DNA from: Verrucomicrobiia bacterium
GTDB lineage: Bacteria > Verrucomicrobiota > Verrucomicrobiia > JADLBR01 > JAIBCM01
Reading direction: 5' to 3'
Assembly (NCBI GenBank): GCA_041395165.1
Contig: JAWLBA010000001.1
Coordinates: 4,925-68,924 of the forward strand
DNA: 64,000 nucleotides
Position 1 is the stretch's first letter, and each line of letters starts with the position of its first letter. A model generated the notes under the pieces. It worked only from the letters and a program-made list of their open reading frames with translations, ran no database searches and was not told the origin of the DNA. A program made the translations under genes and the position numbers. Positions 17,991 to 27,673 of this stretch are shown piece after piece.

Positions 17991-18815
17991 ATGGCTGTTC
18001 CTGCTATTCTTCGTGGTGCTGCGGCAGTTGCCCGCTTGCGCCGTCTTCAAAGAGCCGTTAGCCAAACCGGAGGGCGTGCTATGGTTCTTAACTCACGGGC
18101 CTATGCTATTGAAGGTGGGGTCACTGCTTTTCGAACGACGGCATCAGGAAGAGGAGCGATTGCAGCCGTTAATCCTCGTGTGGGCTATGCAATAATGAGA
18201 CGACGTGAAGCTCTTATGCGAAGAGGTCATGCTACGGTTTCACAACATTATGCGGATGCCCTCGTGGAGCAAGCAAATCGTCTCAGAGAAGCCGCTCAAG
18301 CCGTTAAAGTAAGCGCAGATGAGGCGAGACAAGGTCAAAGGTTCTCTGAACAATTGGACCGCGTTGCGCAAGAAACCGCGGAACATGTGCGGCATCCGAC
18401 AGATGAGATTATTGCTAAATATTCGGCTTATCGTTTTGATCCTGGCACACCTCGTCAAGAGGTAATAGATTTTATCATACAAAAGGCTGAGGCTGATCGA
18501 GTTTATGCTGATCAGTTTAGGCGTTATGCTGAAAATTTGGCTATTAAAGCTCGGGAATCAGCTAATAGACTGCGTGAAATTGAGCAAGAAATTGTAGAGG
18601 CTCATGGTAGGCCTTTAACTTTGGATGAGCTTGAAGCTTTGGCAATTGAAAAGGCTCAAGACGCTGAAAAGGCAAGAGAAGCAGTGAAAGTTTATAATAA
18701 AAAAGCGGATGAAGCTGGAGCCGAAGCACTAGAGGATGCGGATAAAGCGCTTCAAACGGTGGTGGCGAGCGATGCGGCTTTAGCTCAAAGGGAGGCTGAG
18801 GCTTTGCTGATATAG
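17991..18815 (+). CDS. Ala/Glu/Arg-rich coiled-coil protein, N-terminal part of a family-2 gene (274 aa)
   Basis: The N-terminus (AVPAILRGAAAVARLRRLQRAV) resembles the N-terminus of the 779-aa protein. It is in the same reading frame as the following ORF, separated from it by two TAG codons. Confidence 0.6.
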   Translation: MAVPAILRGAAAVARLRRLQRAVSQTGGRAMVLNSRAYAIEGGVTAFRTTASGRGAIAAVNPRVGYAIMRRREALMRRGHATVSQHYADALVEQANRLREAAQAVKVSADEARQGQRFSEQLDRVAQETAEHVRHPTDEIIAKYSAYRFDPGTPRQEVIDFIIQKAEADRVYADQFRRYAENLAIKARESANRLREIEQEIVEAHGRPLTLDELEALAIEKAQDAEKAREAVKVYNKKADEAGAEALEDADKALQTVVASDAALAQREAEALLI

Positions 18816-18863
18816 CTGGGCGAGGTGCTTCGGTGGAAGAGACAATTTTAGAAGTCCAAATCC

Positions 18864-20435
18864 GTGACGCTAATCAAAGGGCTACATTACTTGGCTGAGA
18901 GAATGCGTGAACATCCGCGTCCGGCATCTGAACTTAGAGCAGAGGTTCAAACAGCTCGTGATGCACTTAGATTAGCGCGGGATCGAGAGAGTTGGGTGCG
19001 GGGTGAATTAGCTACCGCTGTGCCTGGTTCGCGGAGAGCTGAGGAATTAACTAAAAAATTGCGTGACCTTGAGATAGAGATTGATACGCATAGTCAAGTA
19101 GCAAACTATGCCCAATACGAGGCAGAGGCTGTGGAAGATTTAGCCTATGCGCTAAACAATAAACCATCTTATGTCGATGGTGCGAGGTCTAGAACTGCTT
19201 CAGCGTTTGAGTCAGAAGCTCGTATTAAATTGATTGCGAGTGGGCAAACCGATCTCGAAGTTATCAACACTGCTGCTAGGCGTGTGGCTGAAGCGCGTGT
19301 GGCGTTAGTCGAAGCGCGGATTGAAGCTGTGCATGCGGCAGAGCGCGCTAAGGAAACTCGAAAGATTGCTAATCGTCCTGGCGCGACTCATCCTCAACGA
19401 GCATTAGCTGAAGAGGCAGAAAAAAAAGCTACTGAAAAAGCTCAAGCATTGGAACACGCTAACGAGGCCTACACTAAACAAGTTACAACCATTAGTGTTG
19501 GTGGTATTACTTTGGCAACGCTTATTACAGTTCCCAGTAAAGCTGAGGCAGCGCGTGAAGAGGCTCAAAAGGCGGGGGCCGAAGCCAGAATGATTAATGA
19601 AAGGCTAGCTCAGGTGCGTGAAGCGGCTGCTCGTCCTGATGCTGGATTGAGTGAACTTGTGACGGTGGTCGGCGCTGCATTTAAAGCGCACGCGGCTAAA
19701 GAGAGTGCTGAACGTGCTTATGATAAATATGTAGAGGCTCGTGTGGATGAACAGATCGCAGCCGAGGAGGCTGCCAAAGTAAAAGTAGAACAAGAAGCTG
19801 AAGCTAGAGGAGAAGCTTATTTTAAAAGCACTGCAGAAGGCATGGCTTGGGAAGGCATGAAGTGGGTTGGAAAAGGTGTTATGACTGGTCTCCATTATAC
19901 CGAGGAAGGGTTGGCTTACGCTGTGGATGGGTGGGGCTATATGATGGGAATGCCTAATCCTATAGCTAGTCCCGACACTAGCGTTGACATAGGTCATGGC
20001 TTACTCGCAGCTCAAGATGCTATCATAGAACATGTAGCTGCGCCAGTCGCGATCGCAACTTATGAAGGAGCTGTTGCTGAAGCCAATCCTATGGCTCCAC
20101 TTGAAGAGGCCAGACAACGTGAAGAAAAAGCTGCAGAAAGATTTGCTAGCGCTGCTGAAATCAGGGACGATGATGAAATTGACAAGTCACTCCAAGGTAA
20201 GTTTCCTAATGTTATCATCATTCCTGATGCGGAACCTCCAGCACCAACTTTAGTGGCAGAAGCTAAAAGAAAAAAGAGAAGCGATGAAGCATGGGCCAAA
20301 ATTGAAGAAAAAGCGCAACAGTCCATTGAAAGAAATATGTCTCTAATCGCAGAAGGTGAACCTGAAGGGGAACTTAATATGAGTGTTGATCCTAGTTCGG
20401 CTCCTTCGCCTTCAACCTCTGCGCCGAAAGTTTAG
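18864..20435 (+). CDS. Ala/Glu-rich coiled-coil protein, C-terminal part of a family-2 gene (523 aa, GTG start), tail ...LNMSVDPSSAPSPSTSAPKV
   Basis: The C-terminal block WAKIEEKAQQSIERNMSL...NMSVDPS...APKV matches the 779-aa protein. Confidence 0.6.
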   Translation: MTLIKGLHYLAERMREHPRPASELRAEVQTARDALRLARDRESWVRGELATAVPGSRRAEELTKKLRDLEIEIDTHSQVANYAQYEAEAVEDLAYALNNKPSYVDGARSRTASAFESEARIKLIASGQTDLEVINTAARRVAEARVALVEARIEAVHAAERAKETRKIANRPGATHPQRALAEEAEKKATEKAQALEHANEAYTKQVTTISVGGITLATLITVPSKAEAAREEAQKAGAEARMINERLAQVREAAARPDAGLSELVTVVGAAFKAHAAKESAERAYDKYVEARVDEQIAAEEAAKVKVEQEAEARGEAYFKSTAEGMAWEGMKWVGKGVMTGLHYTEEGLAYAVDGWGYMMGMPNPIASPDTSVDIGHGLLAAQDAIIEHVAAPVAIATYEGAVAEANPMAPLEEARQREEKAAERFASAAEIRDDDEIDKSLQGKFPNVIIIPDAEPPAPTLVAEAKRKKRSDEAWAKIEEKAQQSIERNMSLIAEGEPEGELNMSVDPSSAPSPSTSAPKV

Positions 20436-21546
20436 AAAAATAATTCAGCGCCTGGAAAAGACCTGCGGCTTTGTGTTCGGTTTCCTGAAATTCTTTCTGC
20501 GGATCGGAATCAATTGTAATGCCACTACCCACACCAAAGGAAAAATGGTTCTCACGAATTTCCAAAGTGCGAATGGCAATGTTAAATTGTGATTCTCCAT
20601 TGAATCCAAAATAGCCAATGGCGCCGGTGTAAAGCCCACGAGGTTGACCTTCTAATTCGCGAATAATTTCCATCGCTCGCTTTTTCGGGGCACCCGTAAT
20701 GGATCCTCCCGGGAAACAATTTTTCAACGCCTCCATTTGGGAAATTTCAGGTCGTAACCAACCCTGAATCACGCTCATGAGATGATGAACATGCGAGAAA
20801 GAGCGGCGGGCGACTAATTCTTCCACTTCAACCGAGCCATATTCACAAATCTTTCCCAAATCGTTTCTTTCCAAATCGGTGATCATAATCAGTTCCGCCA
20901 ACTCTTTTTCGCTACGAATCAAATCAAACGCCGACTGTTGATCGACCATAGCATCACGAAACCGTGGTCGCGTACCTTTAATCGGGCACGTCGTCACGCG
21001 TCTACTGGAAAATCGCAAAAAAAGTTCCGGTGATGCCGATAAAATCGTGCGACTAGGCAATTCCAAATAGGCCGAAAATGGTGCAGGCGAAAAACGCTTC
21101 ATTTGCGAAAATAAAGTCCGTGTTGAACCTTCAAAGTTTCCTCTGATTTGACGCGTCAAATTGGCTTGATAAATATCGCCCGACTCAATGTAACTCTGCA
21201 ACGCTTGGACTTTTTCGATATATTCCTTTTCTTCTAAAGAAGAAACGAAACCGGAAGCTTGATAAAAAGTTTTTTCTGAAAAAGGCCAATCCGATGCTGA
21301 ACATACTTTTAATTCAGGATAAAAACCAAATTCGAAATCGCCTTCATAAGTAATAAAACCTACTGCTGCACCTTCAGGAGCATTAGACTTGGCCTCAGAA
21401 ACAGTCTGATAACGAGCTAAAGCACGCTCTAACTGAGTCGCATTTTGAAAAAGCGAACCCGTTAAATATTCCACAGGTTCTTTTTGAGAAACAAGTGCCG
21501 CCGCCTCACCATTCGGTAAAATGTGATCTGTTTCCAGCCAAAGCAT
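20392..21546 (-). CDS. pabB: chorismate-binding enzyme (aminodeoxychorismate synthase component I / TrpE family, short form)
   Basis: 384-aa ORF with the C-terminal chorismate-binding domain motifs GxAxGYxxxxG and SPERF-like SPELFLRF. Its 3' end overlaps the convergent 18864..20435 ORF by 44 nt. Confidence 0.7.
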   Translation of the reverse strand: MLWLETDHILPNGEAAALVSQKEPVEYLTGSLFQNATQLERALARYQTVSEAKSNAPEGAAVGFITYEGDFEFGFYPELKVCSASDWPFSEKTFYQASGFVSSLEEKEYIEKVQALQSYIESGDIYQANLTRQIRGNFEGSTRTLFSQMKRFSPAPFSAYLELPSRTILSASPELFLRFSSRRVTTCPIKGTRPRFRDAMVDQQSAFDLIRSEKELAELIMITDLERNDLGKICEYGSVEVEELVARRSFSHVHHLMSVIQGWLRPEISQMEALKNCFPGGSITGAPKKRAMEIIRELEGQPRGLYTGAIGYFGFNGESQFNIAIRTLEIRENHFSFGVGSGITIDSDPQKEFQETEHKAAGLFQALNYFSKLSAQRLKAKEPN

Positions 21547-21655
21547 AAAAACTAAAGATTAACTGACCTTACTCTTTTTCAAGTTAAAAAGAAAATTATG
21601 AATTTTAAATTTCCATTTTTGAGTTATAGTAATAAGATTATGCAAATAAGATATT

Positions 21656-24600
21656 ATGCATAAATATCTCTGTCTTCTCTTGACTCTTTTTTGCTTAGAA
21701 AAAGCGCACGCCACACTTACGGAAACGGTGGATTCTTTTGAAGATGGCGAACTGCTTACCAATCCAACCTGGCAAGGAAATCTTACTAATTACGTGGTTA
21801 CTAGCTCTGGAGCATTGCATGATGTTCAATCTCTTCGCGTCAACACTTCCAACATTCTTTCCACGCTCACTTTCTCATTTGGAACCCAAACCAACCTGGG
21901 AGCAAAACTAACCGAATGGTCTTTTCTTTATCGCGACACGGAAGGAAATCCAAGTGGTGTCGCTAATAATGGTTGGCGACTTTGGTTGGTGTGCGATAGC
22001 ACGAATTTAACCAGCGCCAATGGCTACGCAATTCGTCATGGCAACACAGGCACTCCTGACAACCTAGTTCTGGTTCGAATGGAAAATGGTGCTGAAATTG
22101 TCCCCGCGCTTTTAACGAATACTGTGGATCCGAGCACCACTCTTCATTCTATTCGCGTGACCCGCTCTTACGAAGGATTATGGGAGCTTTTCATCACGCC
22201 CAGCATCACAGGCCTCGCTACCAACTCTTTTGGTACAGTCCAAGACACCACTTTTTTCAGCGGCAACGATGAGCTTAACACCAACCTCTTTTTAGCTTTG
22301 CAAGCCAGGACAACCTCTGGGGGAAACAACCCTCTCCGATTTATTTTTGATGATGTCCGCTTTGGATTTCCTTCCTATGCTTATTTAACAATAACTACCA
22401 ACATCTCCGAAGATATCGGCACCTATCAACTTACCGTACAACGACCCACCTCCATCGGCTCACTCACTGTCACGAATGTCATCGTGCAAGGCACGGCTTC
22501 CAACAATGTCGACTTTTTCATCAACTCTCTCACCAACAAAATTACCTTTAATCCAGGTGAAACATTGGCTTCACTTCCTATTATTATCACCAACAATGCC
22601 ATTGAAGATGGCAATCGCACCTTCACCAATTTTTTAACAGGACCTACAGGCGTCCAACTCAAACACATTGTTACCATTATCGATGAAGACCCCGCACGGC
22701 TCCAATTTAGCGATCCACTAGGTTTCGTAGGAGAGTCTAACCAAACCGCGATCATCTCTGTTGCGCGCACACAAAGCACCAATCTTCCCATTAGCGTGGA
22801 TGTGGTAATTACCGGTGGCACCGCAGTCAATGGCGTTCACTATCAAAACACCGGTGTCTCTAATCTTACTTGGTTAGCGGGTGAAAGCGGCACAAAATCC
22901 ATCACAATTAAAACCATAGATGACGCCAACATTAACGCCGATCGCACTATTATTCTCAGTCTCAGCAATATTATAGTAGCTGCTTACGGCTCACCCACCA
23001 ATCATACACTTACAATTCTGGACGATGAAACCACTGGCGTTACTAATTTAGCACCTGGCGAGGCAGCGATTATCGCCTACAACTCCGCTAATCCCGATGC
23101 TTTTTCCATTTATACATTAACTAACGTGCTGGCTGGCGCTCGACTTCGCTTCGCCGATCAAGGTTGGAGCAGTAGTAGCAGCTCCTGGCGCGTCGGTGGA
23201 AAAGAAGGCGCTTTAGAATATGTCGTGCCCGCTTATCTTCCTGCAGGCTCCATCGTTAATTTTACCATTACTAATTTCGGTGGCATTATTGATTCAAACC
23301 CTAAAGTCACCAGCATCGGTCCTGCTGTGGGGGGACTCAACATGGATGGCACAGAAAGCGGATTTGCCCTTACTCAACAAGGCGATCAACTTTTTCTCTT
23401 CCAAAATTATAACAACCAAACCAATTTCATTTTTGCTTATAACAATGACAGTGCCTGGGATCCTGACTCGGTTAGTTCGACGACTAGCGCATTGCCGCCG
23501 CCTTTAATAAATGGTTCCAACGCAGTCGCCGTCGGCGGGACGCTCGGCCAAGTTAGCGCTAAATACAACATGGTCACCAATCTCAGCGCTGGATTTACTC
23601 CAAAACAAGTTCTGCTTGCCATTGCCAATAGCAACAACTGGATTCTCGCTTCCACCAATCAACCTCCGCCCGTTATTCCACCCAACATGCTCGTTTTAGG
23701 AAATAACCAACCCATTTCCGATGGTGATAACACTCCCAGTGCCAGCGACTTTACTCTGTTCCCTAACACCTTATTGGGGAACAACACGATTCATACATTT
23801 GTCATTACCAATTCTGGCGGTTCCACACTCACCATTTCTAGTATTACCGAAGCATCACCTCAATTTGCCATTGGCAATCTTGCGCTACCACTCAACATTC
23901 CCACTAACAGCTCAGCAACGTTCCAAGTTCAATTCACCCCATTAAGTGCTGGCGTCTTTTCCACAACCATTTTTTGCACCAACAATTTGCTTGGACCCGC
24001 TAACCCGTACGAATTTTTGGTTCAAGGCACCGGTTTCACCAACGCAATTCCCCCTCCACCGCCACAAACTAATATTGTCACCATTACTGCTACAGATCCC
24101 GAAGCTTTTGAAGTAAATGCTGATACCGCTACCTTCACCGTCACTCGCAACTTTGCTACCAACACTCCATTAACAATTCTGTACGCGATTGCAGGCACAG
24201 CCACGGCCGGAGCTGATTACCAACCGCTCTCAGGCTCAACACAAATTTCTGCTAACGAAACCCAAAGCTCGATTATTCTCACTCCCATTTTCGATCTTCT
24301 TGAAGAAGGAACAGAAACCGTAGAGCTTTCACTTCTCCCAAGTCCTAATTATCTCATTGGCTCTCCTTCCAATGCCGTTGCCACGATCGAAGACAACACT
24401 TCAAAGATCACGGGTTTAAACGCCCCTTTCAGCGATTATAATAAAGATGGCTATTCCGACATCCTCTGGATGAACCGATCTAAAAAAGGCAGCAATCGTT
24501 CCACCCTGTCTCAAGCCTATTACATGTCCAACCTAACACTGCTTGGCATCGGCCCCACCAATGCTACCGAAAGAAAACTTAAAATTGTTGGCTCTGCCGA

Positions 24601-25258
24601 TCTCAATCATGACGATTGGGCTGATCTCATTTTTCAAAAACGCACCCCTAAAGAAAACACCGTTTGGGCGCGTTATGGTGGTCTGGCTCCTGGCCTTTTC
24701 TCTAATGCCACACCTCTTGTTACATTACCAAAACCCTTCCGCGTTGTCACAGCAGGAGACTACAATCGAGATGGCTACGCCGATCTCGTTTTGCTGCGTA
24801 AAAGTGCCGGCCAAAATCAAATTCATCTTCTCTTACAAGACAGCAACCAAGTTTTCACTTCTCCCACTCTCACAGATCCTCCACTGCTCACCGTAGCCAA
24901 ACCTTTCAAACCATTTGCCAGCGGTTATTTTAATTCTGATTCCAACATTGATCTGGTTCTTATCCGACGTCATGGAAAATTAAACGATCTTTACCTGGCC
25001 TACGGTGATGCCAATGGAGGTTTGCAAGCACCTTCAGGAGCTGCTTTTACCTCAGTTCTCAAGAAATGGAAACCGGCTGCAGTGGGTGATTATGATGGCA
25101 CCAATTTTACTGATTTCCTTTGGATGAAACGAAATAAAAAAATTCAAGAAATCTGGATAACACGAACGGATCCAACCGGCGCCGCCGCCACGCCCGCTCC
25201 AGAAATTGTGCCACAAGCAACCAACGTAAAACCTTGGAAAGCTGTAGCGCCAAAATAA
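21656..25258 (+). CDS. 1200-aa secreted adhesin-like protein with Calx-beta domains and C-terminal FG-GAP/VCBS-type repeats
   Basis: Signal peptide MHKYLCLLLTLFCLEKAHA. Repeated about 100-aa beta units end in TIIDD/TILDDE. There are six or more DxNxDGxxD(L/I) repeats (DYNKDGYSDILW, DLNHDDWADLIF, DYNRDGYADLVL, YFNSDSNIDLVL, DYDGTNFTDFLW). Confidence 0.8.
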   Translation: MHKYLCLLLTLFCLEKAHATLTETVDSFEDGELLTNPTWQGNLTNYVVTSSGALHDVQSLRVNTSNILSTLTFSFGTQTNLGAKLTEWSFLYRDTEGNPSGVANNGWRLWLVCDSTNLTSANGYAIRHGNTGTPDNLVLVRMENGAEIVPALLTNTVDPSTTLHSIRVTRSYEGLWELFITPSITGLATNSFGTVQDTTFFSGNDELNTNLFLALQARTTSGGNNPLRFIFDDVRFGFPSYAYLTITTNISEDIGTYQLTVQRPTSIGSLTVTNVIVQGTASNNVDFFINSLTNKITFNPGETLASLPIIITNNAIEDGNRTFTNFLTGPTGVQLKHIVTIIDEDPARLQFSDPLGFVGESNQTAIISVARTQSTNLPISVDVVITGGTAVNGVHYQNTGVSNLTWLAGESGTKSITIKTIDDANINADRTIILSLSNIIVAAYGSPTNHTLTILDDETTGVTNLAPGEAAIIAYNSANPDAFSIYTLTNVLAGARLRFADQGWSSSSSSWRVGGKEGALEYVVPAYLPAGSIVNFTITNFGGIIDSNPKVTSIGPAVGGLNMDGTESGFALTQQGDQLFLFQNYNNQTNFIFAYNNDSAWDPDSVSSTTSALPPPLINGSNAVAVGGTLGQVSAKYNMVTNLSAGFTPKQVLLAIANSNNWILASTNQPPPVIPPNMLVLGNNQPISDGDNTPSASDFTLFPNTLLGNNTIHTFVITNSGGSTLTISSITEASPQFAIGNLALPLNIPTNSSATFQVQFTPLSAGVFSTTIFCTNNLLGPANPYEFLVQGTGFTNAIPPPPPQTNIVTITATDPEAFEVNADTATFTVTRNFATNTPLTILYAIAGTATAGADYQPLSGSTQISANETQSSIILTPIFDLLEEGTETVELSLLPSPNYLIGSPSNAVATIEDNTSKITGLNAPFSDYNKDGYSDILWMNRSKKGSNRSTLSQAYYMSNLTLLGIGPTNATERKLKIVGSADLNHDDWADLIFQKRTPKENTVWARYGGLAPGLFSNATPLVTLPKPFRVVTAGDYNRDGYADLVLLRKSAGQNQIHLLLQDSNQVFTSPTLTDPPLLTVAKPFKPFASGYFNSDSNIDLVLIRRHGKLNDLYLAYGDANGGLQAPSGAAFTSVLKKWKPAAVGDYDGTNFTDFLWMKRNKKIQEIWITRTDPTGAAATPAPEIVPQATNVKPWKAVAPK

Positions 25259-25298
25259 CACTTGCTCTTTTTTTCCATCTGCAACTAAATTATATCCC

Positions 25299-25808
25299 AT
25301 GAAACCATTCACCCTCTTTTTCTTACTTTTAACTTCTTTAACCTCTTTTGCTTTAGAATTCAAAGTCGACACCTCTAACGAACTGGTTCTCTTGGATTCT
25401 CACAACACCGAATTACAACGTTTCAAACCCGGAGTCGTTGATGAAGCAATCGATCTCGACAGCCAAAATTTTCATCTCAGTTACGGCGAAGATATCAACG
25501 GACTATTAATGGCCGTGCTTTCTCCCGCTCCTGATAAGCCGCAATCTATTTTTGTCATAGCCAATGCCATCACCCCAGCAGCCGTTGTCGCTATCGAAGC
25601 TGGGCTTTTAGGAAAAATTGAAGTGAACAAAAAAACCGTTCCCGGCGGCATGCGATGGAAACCCAATAGCGATTCCAAACCACCTTATCGTATTGAATCC
25701 GGAAAAGACTCCATCATTACTATTTACTGGAGAACCTACAACTCGCCTCCCTCTTCGGTACTGGAACAGCCTTCCACTACTAACGCCCCCGCCACAGCTC
25801 AACCTTAA
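25299..25808 (+). CDS. small secreted protein (169 aa) with signal peptide
   Basis: Signal MKPFTLFFLLLTSLTSFA followed by an ALEF cleavage context. Confidence 0.55.
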   Translation: MKPFTLFFLLLTSLTSFALEFKVDTSNELVLLDSHNTELQRFKPGVVDEAIDLDSQNFHLSYGEDINGLLMAVLSPAPDKPQSIFVIANAITPAAVVAIEAGLLGKIEVNKKTVPGGMRWKPNSDSKPPYRIESGKDSIITIYWRTYNSPPSSVLEQPSTTNAPATAQP

Positions 25809-26284
25809 GTTTTTTTCCCTTCAGAACCCTCTTCTCCTTCATTGCTATCGCCTGAAAGCGATTGAAGTAATTCGTTCATATCTTCCACTTCATTCCAAAC
25901 TTCGACATTCACATAAATCGGCGCTCCCGCCTGCATAGCCAAGGCAATGCTGTCACTCGGACGAGCATCGATCTCAATCACTTTATGATGAATTTCACTT
26001 TCCACCTTCAAAATTAATCGCGCAAAAAAAGTGCCATCTCGCAAATCATTAATCACCACTCGTTCCAATTTTGCATCTAAAGCATTTAAAATGTGACCAA
26101 TTAAATCATGAGTCAATGGACGCTCCTTAGTCACATGCTGCAAAAACATAGCAATGGCTTGCCCAATCGTGGCATCAACATAAATAATAAAAGCCTTCGA
26201 TTCATTACCGACAAAAACTGCGCACCCTTGATTTTTTGTAGGTAAAACAGCTTTGACTTCAATGGGTATGACCGTATTTTTCAC
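25805..26284 (-). CDS. bifunctional nuclease family protein (BFN/DUF151)
   Basis: 159-aa ORF with ...RPLTHDLI...ARPSDSIALA motifs of DUF151 nucleases and an acidic C-terminal tail. Confidence 0.7.
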   Translation of the reverse strand: MKNTVIPIEVKAVLPTKNQGCAVFVGNESKAFIIYVDATIGQAIAMFLQHVTKERPLTHDLIGHILNALDAKLERVVINDLRDGTFFARLILKVESEIHHKVIEIDARPSDSIALAMQAGAPIYVNVEVWNEVEDMNELLQSLSGDSNEGEEGSEGKKT

Positions 26285-26386
26285 ACTTTCAATCTAGCAA
26301 AGCGCTGTGTAAAAACAAGAGAGGTAAGAGATTTTCACTTTCATCCCTCGACATTCTGTTTGACTTCTTTATTTTGAAACCCACTC

Positions 26387-27673
26387 ATGGATGCTTTGGA
26401 ACGCTGTTTAAAAATCAAATCGCAATTCCCCAAACAAGGACTTTTTGACAATCACCATTGGCGTTGTTCACCCGATCCTTTCTTTCTGGATGAAAATTCT
26501 CTAAATTCCATTCACAGATTTGGTCAAATTTTTCACATTTTTAACCAAGCTTGCAATCGCCTTTATTTTGCAAGCTTAAATGGCAAACAGCCTTCTTGGA
26601 TTGCTCAATGGCTCGATGCCGGAAAACCCCCCGCCCTTTTAGAGTTGAGTCGTCATAAAATTTTTAAATCTAAAACACCACTCATTATTCGGCCTGATCT
26701 ACTTCTGACCGATCACGGATTCTCACTTTCCGAGTTAGACTCAGTTCCTGGTGGCATTGGAGCCACAACATGGTTACAGGAAACTTACGCCCTATTTTTT
26801 CCTGATATTGCCGGTGGTGCTTCAGGCATGCGACAAGGTTGGCAAACGGTTTTCCCCGAAGGTGATATTGTTATCTCAGAAGAAGCTTCTACTTACCGTC
26901 CTGAAATGGAATGGCTTAATCAAAATTCGCCACCAATTCAAATTCATTCTGCGGAAACCTATTTTGCCAAAGAAAAATCTATCTACCGTTTTTTTGAACT
27001 TTTTGACATTCCCAATCTCGCCAATGCTCCGCAATGGTTTGAAACACTTTTACAAGGCAACACCCCAATCACTCCTCCCATCAAACCTTTCTTAGAAGAA
27101 AAAATGTGGTTCGCTTTTTTCTGGATGAAACCGCTTCAACATTATTGGCGAACAGAACTAGGTGAAAAAAATTTTCTGCTCCTACAGGAAATGATTCCCT
27201 ACACATGGATTTTAAATCCTGATCCCTTGCCGCCTCAGGCTGTTCATCCCCGTCTAGAAATTCAATCCTGGGAAGAACTTTTTACCTTTTCACAAAAACA
27301 ACGGCGATTAGTGATTAAAATATCCGGTTTTTCACCTCAAGCGTGGGGCTCACGTGGTGTCACTTTTGGTCACGACCTTTCCGCTGCAGAATGGAAAAAC
27401 GCATTGCAACAAGCTCTACAATCTTTTCCACACCAACCTTACATTCTACAAGCTTTCGAAAATAGCCAGCTTCACATAACCCATTATCTTGACGAAAAAA
27501 CAAATACGATCCAATCCATGGATAGCCGTGCGCGTTTGTGCCCTTACTATTTTGTTGATAAAAATGATCAAGCTAAATTAGGCGGTATTCTAACCACTCT
27601 TGTGCCTTCTGATAAAAAAGCTATTCACGGTATGCGCGATGCAGTCATGACTACTGTGGCAAAAAAAACTTAA
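26387..27673 (+). CDS. conserved hypothetical protein (428 aa), possibly ATP-grasp-like
   Basis: Long intact ORF with no signal peptide. The function cannot be assigned from sequence alone. Confidence 0.5.
   Translation: MDALERCLKIKSQFPKQGLFDNHHWRCSPDPFFLDENSLNSIHRFGQIFHIFNQACNRLYFASLNGKQPSWIAQWLDAGKPPALLELSRHKIFKSKTPLIIRPDLLLTDHGFSLSELDSVPGGIGATTWLQETYALFFPDIAGGASGMRQGWQTVFPEGDIVISEEASTYRPEMEWLNQNSPPIQIHSAETYFAKEKSIYRFFELFDIPNLANAPQWFETLLQGNTPITPPIKPFLEEKMWFAFFWMKPLQHYWRTELGEKNFLLLQEMIPYTWILNPDPLPPQAVHPRLEIQSWEELFTFSQKQRRLVIKISGFSPQAWGSRGVTFGHDLSAAEWKNALQQALQSFPHQPYILQAFENSQLHITHYLDEKTNTIQSMDSRARLCPYYFVDKNDQAKLGGILTTLVPSDKKAIHGMRDAVMTTVAKKT

Noticed and set aside
19605-19997. 130-aa minus-strand ORF inside the coiled-coil gene.
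   Set aside because: It is antisense to a long GC-rich Ala/Glu coding region and translates to Ser/Phe-rich low complexity. This is typical shadow reading of GCN/GAR-rich codons.
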